Source: Octopus bimaculoides
Lineage: Eukaryota
DNA: 64,000 bases
Direction of reading: 5' to 3'
Assembly: GCF_001194135.2 (NCBI RefSeq)
Contig: NC_068992.1
Span: 9,878,647 to 9,942,646 of the forward strand
The notes under the pieces are model-generated. The model ran no database searches. It saw only the letters and a list, made by a program, of their open reading frames with translations, and had not been told where the DNA came from. The translations under genes and the position numbers were made by a program. The first letter of the stretch is position 1. Every line of letters begins with the position of its first letter. Below are positions 50,271-64,000 of the stretch, piece by piece.

Positions 50271-52223
50271 ACATTTTTCTACCTGAAAATTTAACTCGGT
50301 AGGGTCTTTATTTGTCCAAAGCTGGAATTGCTAGTCACATGAGGTCACATGATGGAATTTACTAATTCAAGAGATGGACTTCTTCTGTAAAGAAGAAATG
50401 GTAATCACCATGTGTATCATTTGATAGATCCCAACCACAGAGAACCAAAGCATATAAAACAGCAGAAATGGCTAAAAATTTTGCAATCTGACAAAACTGG
50501 TGCATGACGGCACTTTGAAATCATTGTCAACCTTTTCCTAGCAAAAATTAGATTTAATATTCTAAATGCTTTGAGGAAATCTTTCAGTTCATGTCTGACA
50601 ACATGTAACTACATAAAAACAGCAACATATAATAATATATATGCGTGTGTATGTGTGTACATAAATACATTTTCCAATGAAAAAAAACTTTGTATTCCTA
50701 AATTACTTTTCAATTTCACTTTAAATTAATAATTTCTTTCTAAAAAAGCAAGACAATACTGAAATGATGAACTGATAGAGCTACAAAACAAAGCAGAGAG
50801 AGAGAGAGAGAGAAGAGTGCAATATCTGCCATCAGTTATACAACAGCTAATTCTTATCTGTATCCTTAAGACAGAAAACCTAGTAGAAAAAAGTAGACAA
50901 ATGCATCTAAATGTATCTCTGCTTGAAAGCTATTTTCTGTCATATATCCAACAGAGACCACCAGAGATGGTTTGTTCCCCACCCCAGCCCAACAAAACGT
51001 TCACTAGTGTAGTGAGTGTAAAAACCCTTGACTGAATATAAAAAAATGTTGGCAGCCTAACAACATTTCAACATAAAAAGCCTGTCAATATATGTTCTCA
51101 AAGAGTTACAGGATATCAATTTAAAAATTTCAACATCAAAGTATCACAAATGCATTCTACTTTTACTCTGCTTCCTCTACATGCATCTGAAAGTGCATGC
51201 ACACGTAAACATATGCTTGTGCATGTATGCAAAATAGCCAAGCGCATGACATGATTCTTCACAGCACTTAGACAACATGCTCACACTATATGCTTCATAG
51301 AAGAGACAGCTGATGAAGGCACCTCTGGTAGGCAAGTGTCCTAGCCAAAGAAAGATTCATTTCTCATCTGCTTAATTCAAGGATCTAGGCAATTACTAAC
51401 TTTACAGATCCCTGAGGCTTCTAGCAGTATTTAACATTTTCCTACCCATCACACATACTCAAATACACAAACCACTTGATCAACACTTCAAATGTTAGGT
51501 GTTGCTTTAGCCATAGGCAGCACAGACATTGTATAATTGATGAGTGCTTGTTGATATGTTGCACTTAGGTTAAAGCCTCCAGTACAGCTAATCTTATACA
51601 GGAAGGAAGGAGGAGGAGGAGGAGGAAGTATTGCAACAACAGCAACATCAACAACAGTTGCCATAGTAATTCAGTTTCAGTCAGCAGCTGCAGTACTAAC
51701 ACCACAAATACAGCCACACCTACACATGTATAATTATATAAATTAATTTCCTAATGAGTTAGTATTTCCAAAGCATATAACTGCTAAAATAAGAATATGT
51801 GCAGACTAATAAAGTATAAAGAGTACAGGTTCATTACAGGGATATAATCAGAGTTGTAGGTGGAGATGGTGACACTTCCTGAGCAAACAACAGTTTTCTC
51901 TCTGGCAACCAGAGGCAGTGTAAGGTTTGCTTGGCACTGAAGTATGAATAGGAGATGATTGGGGGTGGAGGTGCTGACAGAAAAAGATCTGCAATCATTA
52001 TCATTGCAAAATAAAAAAAATTAAAAAAGGGTTGAGATTTGAGCACTAGTGAATTGAAGAATGTGAATGATTGCCAATGTCTGTGGTTTATGGATGGAGA
52101 TCTGGATATGTGATGTGGAAGAGAGAAGGAAAGCTTGGTGAAAAAAAAAAAAACCAAAAACATAAGAGGTACTGATTTGGAAATGAACCAACTAAAGAAG
52201 AATTAAGAATAATGTATCAAGGT

Positions 52224-52615
52224 TAGCGGAGGCGCAATGACCCAGTGGTTAGGGCAGCGGACTCGCGGTCATAGGATTGCGGTTTCGATTCCTAGACCGG
52301 GCGTTGTGAGTGTTTATTGAGCGAAAATACCCAAGAGCTCCACGAGGCTCCGGCAGGGGATGGTGGCGAACCTTGCATATACTCTTTCACCACAACTTTC
52401 TCTCACTCTTACTTCCTGTTTCTGTTGTGCCTGTAATTCAAAGGGTCAGCTTTGTCACACTGTGTCACGCTGAATATCCCCGAGAACTACGTTAAGGGTA
52501 CACGTGTCTGTGGAGTGCTCAGCCACTTGCACGTTAATTTCACGAGCAGGCTGTTCTGTTGATCGGATCAACTGGAACCCTCGACGTCGTAAGCAACGGA
52601 GTGCCAACAACAACA
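52224..52615 (+). mobile_element. Full-length tRNA-derived SINE with (CAA)n tail and 8-bp TSD
   Basis: A box tgacccagtgg, B box ggtttcgattcc, CpG-rich body, tail gccaacaacaaca; ATCAAGGT at 52216-52223 and 52616-52623. Confidence 0.88.
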
Positions 52616-53670
52616 ATCAAGGTCAGATCGAGAAGTATTATTCTTCACTAATGATATAGTACAAAATGAAGACCAATTAAAAAATGCTGTCATTGTCTTT
52701 ACATTAAACCAACATAGAAAATTAGACATTAATACTATATGTTCCTTACATATAAACAAATATCACATTTTTAAATAGAGGGTATTAATCCCAAAAACAT
52801 TCCAAGTTAACCCATGTGAAATATAAAAACTGACTTCCAGATAAAAATATTATTTATCAATTATCAATAATTTAATGGTATATCAGAAGATCAATAACCA
52901 CTAGACTACCACTGGCCTCTAAATTTTAAGAAAATGGGTGGTTTCAAAGTTCTCTCATACTCTTTGAAATGCTAATTTTCTTTAAATAAAATTTTAAGCC
53001 TATAGACAACAGATTGAAAATATAATTAATTGATTGATTCAAATATCCTGCAATACAATCAAATTACTAATTACTAATTCTTACAGCATAAGAAAGTATA
53101 ATCTAATTCTTAGATTGATGGTGTCTTATGTGATGGATTGCATGGTTGTGTGGTAAGAAGTTTGTTTCCCAACCATATGATTCAAGGTTCAGTCCTACCA
53201 TGTGGGCACCTTGGGCAAGTATCTTCTATTGTAGCCTGGGGTCAACCAAAGCCTTGAAAAGGGATTTAGTAGAGAGAAACTGAAAGAAGCCTATCATATA
53301 CATGTGTGTAGTTTTGTGTTTGTCTTCCAACACTTTGGCAATAAGAACAGATAGAATAAGTACCAAACTAAAAAAATAAGTACAGAGGTCAATTTGTTAA
53401 ATCTGTTAACTAAACCCTTCAAGGTAGTGCCCCAGCATGGCCACAGTCTAGGGACTGAATCAAGATAGAAATGTAGATAGATGCAGAAGTGTGCTAGTTA
53501 TATACAAAAATGAAAAGCGTTAACTAAGAACTCAATATTGTAGTGAAATATTTAACAAAGATATTACATTAAATTTATATTTTTTTTAATATGGACAGTA
53601 ACTTTGAAGTTTTGCCTCTTGAGACTTTTCAAACTGAACGTTTGAAACTTCAAAAGTCACTATCAATCTT

Positions 53671-53724
<54 letters not shown>

Positions 53725-56700
53725 GCAAATTCACCCACTTCTGTTATATTACAACTGGATAATAACCTCAACAATACGCAAAGAATAATATGACTCATTA
53801 GATAGACAAGTGATGCATAAAGTTCCACAAACTAGCACTGGTTATATATGCAATGAGAATATATGGCATTTATATTCAATAATATTATCAGTCCACACAG
53901 AATGCAAAAAAATATGTCTCAATACGCGGGATATGATCAAAAGGCTGCAATGGAGCTCATTTTGCTGGAGAGAGAAGATTTAGCACAACAACTGTATTGT
54001 AAAATGAAATTGTTGGGGAGAGACATTTTATGCAAATAGCCAACTGAATATCCAATGAAATATCCTTCAGTGAGGCAAGCATACTTTCTGATCAGTAAAT
54101 AAAGCAATTGCTACATATTTAATAATGCCACATATATTTATTCTCTTCTAATATTCTGAATATGGTACAGATTTCTCAACAAAGCTAATATTTTCACTCA
54201 CTTCTTTTCACATCTAACAATATTCTGAAGTCTATATAACACAACCAAAATGGGGATCTGGAAAATATAAGAATATTGGGACTTTCATAGGAAATTATTG
54301 CTGTTGCTGATTATCCACAACTTAATTTTGGTTGAACACACAATCAAAAGAATTCCAGTCATGTCCATTCCATTTATTCAAGCACTGTGGACCCTGGACT
54401 ACATTATCCAATGTTTTTGTTTGTTTTGTTTTTCAAACATGTCCGAGTCTGGTTTACAAGAGATTTACCTTCTTTTCCAGGAAATTAAGTGGCCATGTAG
54501 AGTTTCTGTCAGGAGCTCATCATAAAATCAGCTGTCATTCACTCTATGTCTTTTAATAAGATATTAAATAATTTTATTTCTGCCATTTACTCATTACAGA
54601 AAGCAGTTACCTGTTAATTAACATTTACTTTGGTTGGCAAGGACTAAATAGCAACACACTGAGATATGTTGATATTGTTATTCAAGGTTACGTGAGACAG
54701 AAAAGATGTGATCTCACACATTTTCCTAAAAAAGGGTAATTCATGTAAATAAAAGAAGGCTTATTAAAGGATACAACTTGGTCTGAGACAGGATAAGAAG
54801 GGTCAGATTTTTGTACTGACAATAAAATTCATGTAGCAAGTCAAGACTTTGAAAAAGATAACTATTTATACTTAGTTAATCCACAAAATTAACTAAACTG
54901 TCATTGAAAGCTATGACATGATAAAGTATACTAGCAAGGAATATTAAATGAATGTGCACCATAATAATTTGTCTAATAGCGTTCATCTCAATTGGGCAAT
55001 AGATCAATTGAATCAATAAAGTAGTGAAAATGACTTAGATTGACTTAGGCCTTAAATTTCAAGTTCAATTCCCAAAGTGAACTTGGCATTTCAATTTTTC
55101 AAGGTTGACAAAAATCAAGTACCAGTTCAGATCTAGGGTCAATTTAATCAACCTTCCCTTAAAATTAATGTCCTTATGCCAATGTTAGAAATCAATAATA
55201 ACACATCTAACAAATGAAAACATAAAAAGTTGATTATAAAAGTAAAAAAAAAACTAATTTTGATGATCATTTTGGTCCAAAATATATTTAATCAAGATTA
55301 TACAAACCAATTATATATTATTAACCATTTCATTTTTAATATAGACAGACCCATCTTATACCTTAAGACAATGATAATTACTTTACCCAATTCTTCATTC
55401 ATTGAAAATGGGGAGTTACACTACCCGAGACAATCCATAGCTATGAAATCTCCCAGAAGATCCAGCTGAGTGAACATAGGCATTAGATTCCAAGAACAAT
55501 AGACTGTACAGCTTGAGTAACTATGACACAATATCAAGTCATACACTTTATTCTCAGATCAATGATAATAAATTCTGAAAGAGTAGAAGAAAACAATAAT
55601 TCAATTAGATTTCTTAACAGGGAACCTCTCAGTTAAATGATCAAAGGTTGTAAACAGGATATGCAGAAATATATCGTTCTAAACACATTATCAAGTTATC
55701 ATCCATCAATATTGATTTATGATGACTGAAATAAGATAAAACATCAACATGCATAGTATGAACATGCACACACGACACACAAAATCTATGTGAAATCTTT
55801 GCCTTTAGAAACTATTAGAAGTAAGAAAGAAACCTGTCCCCTTGAACTGTTAGTATAAAACACGAGAGTTCATTACTGTCTTAAAGACTCATACAAAAAG
55901 GAATTGGGAAATGTTCAACTAAACTCATTTAACAGTCTACAGGCAAAATTATAGAATTAATGAGAAACATTTCCTTCTTCACAAATCATTTGCTGCTTTC
56001 AAATTAGATTTCACAAGGTACAAGACTAACTTTTGTTCAGAGTAGAGCAATGTAAAACTAATTTAACCATTGTCTAGTTTGTGTATGTGTGAATTATTTT
56101 CTGACTCAAGTTGATCACCACAAGATTCAAGCTCAGAACAGTGAGGAGCTGAAATATTTAAAAAGCTGCTATGCTAGTAAAATTCTCTTATTCTTTAACT
56201 TTTTTCAGTCATCTGGCTGCGATCATGCTGAGGCATTGTCTTCTGAGGTAGTCATGGATGAACTGTCGCCTGTGTGTGTGTGTGTGTGGGGGGCCTTCTT
56301 GATGGCACACATGACAAAAAATTACCCTGAATTTTTCTTGCCAGATGATGAGCCATACTCCAGGGGACCAATTTCTCAAAAAAAGGGTTGCCCATGCCTG
56401 TTCTAAAGTGTTGTCAGTTAATTCAACCCTAGTACTCATTTTAGTGACTTTGGAAAGATGCAATGCAAAATTAATCTTGGTTGACTTGAACTCATAACCA
56501 AATGTCAAAAAGTATATTGTCTGATACTCTACAGTTTCTCCTGTCCACCTGTAACATCAGAGCCTTTTCAATGTTTCCCAAACTTCCAGCTACACTTCAT
56601 TAAATTTCAATATACTATTACAAGAATTACTGTTAAAATTTTGCTGACAAGAGCAGCAAGACTTTGTCCAAAACCACGAAATTCCATGTTTTGTCATTTG

Positions 56701-58747
56701 TAGAAACTAATTCTTAACAAATAGAATGATTGTAAAGGGAAATTTGCAAAACATTTCTCCTTAATTCCAAAGTATACAGGCACTTGTACTTGAAGAATAG
56801 CATTTATAGCTCCCAGCTATATTTATTAACTGTCAACAAGTCTTACTAAAATAAATTCTAACATCTGCAAATAATCAAAACAAAAAAATAAATAAACCTC
56901 AAAATAAACACTTTAAACTCATTCTGACAAGTAGCTTAAATTTCTGTTATGATAAAGGATGGCAGGGAGGTAGGGATTCTTTTCTCCATATTTATTTCTC
57001 CTGTCCTCTTCCCCAGCTAATAACATTTATTTAGTCATTACAAACTCTGTAAGTAATTTAAAAAAAAAAAAAAAAAAAGCAGCAAGGATTTAAAAAAAAA
57101 AAAGCGAAAACTTTTTTTTTTAATTCAATAAATTACTTGAATTCACCACACTAGTAAGGAGGATATTAAATTAGAAATAGCTTAAAATGTTTTGACATGA
57201 AAAATTTGTGAACAACCAAGATTAAAACCTCACTCAATACTTGCCACCATGTAGATAAATGTAAGAAGATGGCAGAGTGCCAAGTCAGAAATTCTCATAG
57301 CATGAACAACTGAGACAGCTATCTGACACAAGATATTATTGACAGATTAGGCAGCTTACATATAACAACAACCGTTATTATTATTATTATTATTATAGTC
57401 CTAAAACAATCAGACCTGATCATAATTCTTCAACAATTAGATTTCTTACTCATATTTGAGATTAAGTAATTAGTTTGATTTACCAAATTTTGATCTCAAC
57501 AAAATAAAAATGGAGGAAAAAAAAACTTAATAGGAAAATAGATACAATTATCTAAAGAAACAAGTTAACATTGGGTAAATAACTCAATGATAATAGAGAG
57601 AGAAATGTTGTCATTTATCTGTAATGCCATTTTCTATTCTGAGAATGAGAACACATAACGTCTCTGTGGAAAAAGGCCAAAGACAGAGCACAATACAAAA
57701 GTGTAGAAAAGAAACTGGCACATGCGTGTACACGCGCACGCACACACACAACAAATGTATTTAAATAGCAATAATTCATAAAATATATTATTATACATGT
57801 TTCTTGTAAACTAGATCAGAGATCATGAAAGAATCCAAACTACATACACCAGAAACATGTGGCTTATTCTCAAATGTCCTATTATTTTAGGGGTGTTTGT
57901 GTGTCAGTGTTAACACACACACACAAAAATATAAATTTAGTGCTTGGTTTTTCATGGTTGCAAAAGCTTGTTGGATCAAGTCTGATATGAAGTATATTGG
58001 CAAAATCCCTGTTTAATATTAAGACCATTCACTCTAAAATGACCCTGTCCACCTTGCACCTATTAAAAGTTCATTTCAGTAAGCATTGAGTGCAGTGTCT
58101 ATTTTAGATATGGACTTTTTAACTCTAGTAGTGGATCTTACAAGACATTGCTCATCATAAATAGGCCTTCGCCATTACAATAATAATGTATCAATCATTG
58201 TAGATTGTACAAAGTGCACCATATAGTACACTAAACATAACAAAACTATATCAATCACACCTGAAGATTATGTAACAAATTTTTTTTATATCAAACAAAT
58301 TGTTATGTAATCAGATAGGACTGCAGTTTTTTAAAAATTTATTAAAAAGTTTTTTTTTGTTTTTTTTTTAAAGAAGTGTGACAGATGTTCATGAATGTAA
58401 GTCTCTTTTCTCTATACCAATAATGTTTGCTCACCGGCTGATACAGCTTGGTGCCATTATTATTGCAAGCATTTCAGCAGTGAGAATACAAAGAGTCAGG
58501 TGAAATACCACAAGGCATCATCTTGTCTGACTTTCTAACAGTCTCACTAATACACTGCACTGGAATGGTACAACAATTTTATTGACTCTAAAACAATAAC
58601 AGACAAAGTTGACCCTCATGGGATTTGAACCTAGAGTGCAAAGACTTGAAACAAATACTATGAAGCACTCAATCCAACACCTTGGTAACTTAGCCAGTTC
58701 ACTTACATTCATACATGATATGTGCCATACAAAATGTCAAAAAGAAC

Positions 58748-58935
<188 letters not shown>

Positions 58936-58987
58936 GGTTGCATATACCTGATTGAGTTTATTTTAGTGCAGCACTGAATTTCAAACC

Positions 58988-59199
58988 TTAACCCTTTCAT
59001 TAGTCTATGTCTGTTGAAATAGTCTGCCTGTGTTTCAATTAATTTTGAAAATAACGAGAAATTTAGTAAAATAACTTTGTCATTAATAAACTGGAGTTTG
59101 GAACATAAACTAACATCCTGGTGGAATGTTTTAATTCAGATCGTTTTAAAACAGAATTTGTATCACAGAACCAAGGCAGGTTCGTATGAAACGGGTTAA
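58988..59199. mobile_element. piggyBac-type MITE (family B)
   Basis: TTAA-CCCTTTCAT ... ATGAAACGGG-TTAA. Confidence 0.72.
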
Positions 59200-60249
59200 T
59201 ATAACAAGCTTGGTGAAGGCCAATTAAACAAGGCTAATTCTTTCTCAATAAACACCAAACTAGTCAGTGGTTTTTGAAGACTAAAAACTTAATGAGTTAC
59301 AGAACACAAAGCATTCAAAAATATACACATAATCCCATAAAAATCTATAGTAGCAATATCTAATCACAAATAAACTGAACCTTCACTAACCATTTCTCAA
59401 AGCAGATAATATTAGAATAAAAGAAAAATTATATTATTTACATCAAATATCGATATATTAATTAGCATAGCATGCACAACTATATTCTTAATTAGCATAG
59501 TGTACACAAATATATTCTTTGTTTGAAAAAGGTAAATAAAAAGCGAGCAGCAAACATTAGCAACTCGAAGGGGGATAATTTCATGAAATTACTTTAAAAA
59601 ATTTAATTCTCATGAGTGAAGGAAAAAATCTGATTTTTGTTAGTTAGAGTTACAATGTCAAGACATGTTTCAGTCTAATTGGTGCTTGTCTGTGAAGTAT
59701 GGGCAGTAGGAACCTGCTTCATCAGTAAAAAGATTTTTACATGTAGAAAGAAGTGTTTATGAATATTTTTGGCCAGTAATAATTTGCATAACACTTGAAA
59801 TGTTTTACATTATTTAGCCACAAGAAAACTCAAACCAAAAAGAAAAACTCTACATTAGTGGATAGCAGATCTTTTTTAACTTGGCATGTTGAAATTTTAA
59901 TTTCGTTAATAATCCTGTTATTAGAGTGGCGCATGTATTTTGGTTTTAATTAAATATTTAAAGATAAACTTTTTTACAACATGATATTGAGGAGATATTT
60001 TTTTCAAAGTCCATTGGTTGCTGTAAAAACCAGCAGGATGTCATAGCTGATGTATGTGTCACAGGTTCTCCATCACCACTCTATGTAGTCATTCAACCTG
60101 CTAGCAATAGCAACCAAGTCTGTCTCAAATGATAATGTAATGTCCTAAAAAGGATGGATATACTGAACAATATAATCACACAAATACGAAGACACATATA
60201 CACAAATACATAACTACACACACACACACATATATATACATATATATAT

Positions 60250-60660
60250 ATACTCTTTTTTTTTTACTCTTACTTGTTTCAGTCATTTGACTGTGGCCAT
60301 GCTGGAGCACCGCCTTTAGTCGAGTAAATCGACCCCAGGACTTATTCTTTGGATGCCTAGTACTTATTCTATCGGTCACTTTTTGCCAAACCACTAAGTT
60401 ACGGGGACGTAAACACACCACCATCGGTTGTCAAGCGATGTTGGGGGGACAAACACACACACATACACAGACACACACATATATATATACATATATACGA
60501 CAGGCTTCTTTCAGTTTCCGTCTACCAAATCCACTCACAAAGCTTTGGTCGGCCCGAGGCTATAGTAGAAGACACTTGCCGAAGGTGCCACGCAGTAGGA
60601 ATGAACCCGGAACCATGTGGTTGGTAAGCAAGCTACTTACCACACAGCCACTCCTGCGCC
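60250..60660 (-). mobile_element. Full-length tRNA-derived CORE-like SINE
   Basis: Reverse complement runs ggcgcaggagtggctgtgtggtaagtagcttgc...ggttcattcc...ttcggcaagtgtctt...(TA/TG)n...ccagcatggccacagtcaaatgactgaaacaagtaagagtaaaa. Confidence 0.9.
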
Positions 60661-61133
60661 TGGATATATCAGATTGAACATGAACAGAATGTATTTGATC
60701 ATATGGCAGATCTGTTTGGTCAGAGCTACCCTAGAATCAAGAGTAAGGGAGACAAAACAAAAAAAAATTTATATGAGCGGGAGTGAAATAAAGTGAAAGC
60801 AAATAATTTCAATAGACAAACAAGTAAAGCTGCATTATAATATTAATAGTAAGATTAAAAGGAGGAGGCACATTAATGAACAAGCTGACAAAAGCTTGTG
60901 TGAATGAGGGGGGAGCAAAAAGTTGAGACAGCTGCTTAAATACAAAATAGGTTACCCTTACAACCAATAATGTGTTGAATAGTTTCTGAATAATAACCTA
61001 TAGGCTTACTAGTTAACTACTTTGCATTTGTTGTAAACCAGAGTTTGTAGAAAGCAATGACTAATAGGCTAAGTATGAAAATAAAATATTACCGAGGATA
61101 ATTTAAATTGTTCAAATAGTAACTACCAAGTAA

Positions 61134-61169
<36 letters not shown>

Positions 61170-61238
61170 NNNNNNNNNNNNNNNNNNNNNNNNNNNNNNN
61201 NNNNNNNNNNNNNNNNNNNNNNNNNNNNNNNNNNNNNN

Positions 61239-61305
<67 letters not shown>

Positions 61306-61392
61306 TCATCATTTAGTGTCCGTTTTCTATGCTGGCATGGGTTGGACAGTTTGAGTTGAACTGCTAAGCCAGAGGGCTGTACCAGGCTCAAG

Positions 61393-61439
<47 letters not shown>

Positions 61440-62009
61440 CTTCATTTAAAAGCAGCAGAAATATAACAAAAGACTGTTATAAAAATGCATACATACATAG
61501 AGTTAAGAATGATGTATAAATTCTCTTTCTCTCTTTCTGTATGTAGTCTAGGGTCCATTATAGAGAAAGTGACCAATAGAGAAAATAGGTTTCATCGTAA
61601 AACAGAGAAAACTTGTAAAAATGTTAGTTGCTTTTTTTTTTAAACAAGAACATAAATAAATATTCTGAAATTTAGTTAAAAAAGAATTAGATTTATAATA
61701 CTAGATCTAAATTCCAGACTACAAAATATACTAAAAGTGAAAAAAAAAGACATACCAACAGATTAAGGTCCACATGGATCTAATGTCACAGTGAGACTAA
61801 ATACTTACAGATATGATCAGGGGTTGCTAGGCTGGGCTACAAGTAGCAGTTTACACTACTTTTCAGGACAGCATGAAACTATTTTTTTTTTAGAAATTTG
61901 ATTTTATTTGGGTTATTTACAACTTTAAAATATTAATTTTTAAAGTTAAGAATCATGTTGAATATCATAACTAAGTAAATCAGTATCAAACCACAGGCAA
62001 TATAATATA

Positions 62010-62065
<56 letters not shown>

Positions 62066-63034
62066 GTGTGTTAGTAGTGAGATGAGGAAAGACTAATAGA
62101 CCCTTCCAACCCATGCTTACAAGGAAAAACAGATGTAGGATGAGGATGGGCATCCAACCATGACTGACACAGACATTTGCTTTGTAACCACATCGTTCTT
62201 AGTTCCAGTCCTACTTGGCATGAGAGCCTTGTACAATTTAGTAGGCAAAAACTTGCATATGCATACTTATAAACATACATATACATACTTTTACATGTAC
62301 ACATGTATGTGTGTGTGTGTACGTGCATGTGCAAACACATAGGGCGACTGTTAGGTTCCTGTATTGGAGTCAATCTAAATCCCTTGAAGGCAGTGTAAAT
62401 AAAAGGATATAAGAATAAAATTTATTGTAAATTTTGAAAAATATCTTCCTTCTAGAATTAACTAGTTTCTATGTAAATAATATCAGATAGTATAATCTCT
62501 AATTCGAGACAGAAAATAAGAAGCAGTCTAGTAGCAGGTCTCAAACTGCATGGCTATTTTTTGCTGGATAACTGTGTTACCAATTGCAAAGTGCTTATCA
62601 TGAAATCTAATCTGCAATGAGCAAGAGATATGGGCTTTGGGCCCTGGCAATGGACCATGCCGTTCTTTTGTTTTAAATTGGTGCTTTTAATATTTAATAA
62701 GAGTCTACTGCAAATTTATTTACTATGAAACTGAAATTTCATAAATAAACTTCAGTAAGTGGAACATAAACAAACCAACACTGGTTGTCAAGTAGTGGGG
62801 GGAGATGACAAACACAAAGACTCACATACACAGGCATGCGCAAACGCACAGTGAAGTTCCATAGTTTCCATGTCCCAAATTCACTCAGAAAGTATTAATT
62901 GGCCTGGAGCTATAATTGAAGACATTACTTGCCCCTGGCCCAAGGTGTTATGCAGTGGGACTGAACTTGAAACCATGTGGTTGCAAAGCAAGCTTCTTAA
63001 CCACAGTTACCCCTCCACATATATATATATATGT

Positions 63035-63215
63035 GTGGCACGTAAAAGCACCCTCTACACTCTCGGAGTGGTTGGCGTTAGGAAGGGCATCCAGCTGTAG
63101 AAACTCTGCCAAATCAGATTGGAGCCTGGCGTAGCCATCTGGTTTCACCAGTCCTCAGTCAAATCTTCCAACCCATGCTAGCATGGAAAGCAGACGTTAA
63201 ACGATGATGACGATG
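63035..63215 (+). mobile_element. SINE 3' part with (GAT)n tail followed by (TA)n
   Basis: gtggcacgtaaaagcaccctctacactctcggagtggttggcgttaggaagggcatccagctg...gttaaacgatgatgacgatg. Confidence 0.88.
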
Positions 63216-63216
63216 T

Positions 63217-63296
<80 letters not shown>

Positions 63297-64000
63297 CTTC
63301 ACTTTCATTTCCCATTCTCACTTTCTATGTCAGTAAATTGAAATATGACTAATTAATTGGAAACTTCAAACTACTAAAATCACTAAATGATTCAAAGTTT
63401 CTACTGTCCCTTCTTTAAAATATACAACCCCCATCCACCTAAAAACAAGACAAAATCATACAAACATGCCACTGTAAAATTGTGAGAACCTTTTGACTGA
63501 AAAAAAGAGAACTGCACCAGTTACAAATACATTTTTTTCTTCCTAAATCCTCACTACAAGTTTTTGAAATCACCCTTCCACTAGCTCTACCACCTCGCTC
63601 ATTAGGTCACCCATGTACTAGCATAGCAGTAGTCTCTAATCTTCGCTTTCAGGTCACTCATACTCAGTTTTCATTGGTGCATTTAATACAATTGTACACA
63701 TTAAATGATATTTCTCCTGTCAGTCAACAAGTCTCCACATCCTCCTACCAACAATGGATTTCATCACATTCTCCAGTAAAAATGAGAATCTGGTGACATT
63801 TAACAAAAGCAAAATACAAACACACTTACTGAAAATACCACCACTACCAAACTAATTATGAACAGCTTTAAATTACAAGAATCTTACCCACTCCTATAAA
63901 GCTTTCCTGGAAACCACAAATTCTTTGAACCAAAAAGGGAGGTTCAGCATAATTGCCTGATCTGTCGAAAGTAGCGACCAAAACTTCATCAAACCCTTTA

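Noticed and set aside
51314-51350. Second CTGATGAAGGC hammerhead-like seed
   Set aside because: A weak stem II is possible, but no GAAA core follows.
52224-52305. tRNA gene (also the heads at 30157, 34415, 35598, 60660)
   Set aside because: A and B boxes are present but there is no complete cloverleaf, and each continues into a SINE body or tail.

Overview
AT-rich, microsatellite- and SINE-dense animal genomic DNA with six assembly gaps. The repeat landscape suggests an octopus or other coleoid cephalopod (inference). The only host gene I can support is a DENND4-family Rab GEF (ortholog of vertebrate DENND4A/B/C and Drosophila Crag) on the minus strand. I traced 13 coding exons with canonical GT-AG sites and consistent phases, from the ATG at 28500 down to 878, covering the MABP/uDENN, cDENN and dDENN regions. 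One expected exon of about 40 codons is not visible and probably lies in the 820-N gap at 3108-3927. The gene continues beyond position 1. Positions 28501-64000 look like 5' intron or upstream DNA, with one strong candidate non-coding exon (49516-49761) carrying two uORFs. The rest is transposon debris: several tRNA-derived SINE families, RTE LINE remnants, Penelope-like RT and GIY-YIG remnants, an RLE-type (HERO-like) LINE tail, a hAT deletion derivative with TIRs and TSD, and TTAA-flanked piggyBac-type MITEs. The most unusual item is a rearranged tRNA-headed element carrying a degenerate Penelope-type minimal hammerhead ribozyme (35466-35820). Almost all ORFs in the supplied track are spurious. 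All family assignments come from pattern recognition and memory, not from database searches.
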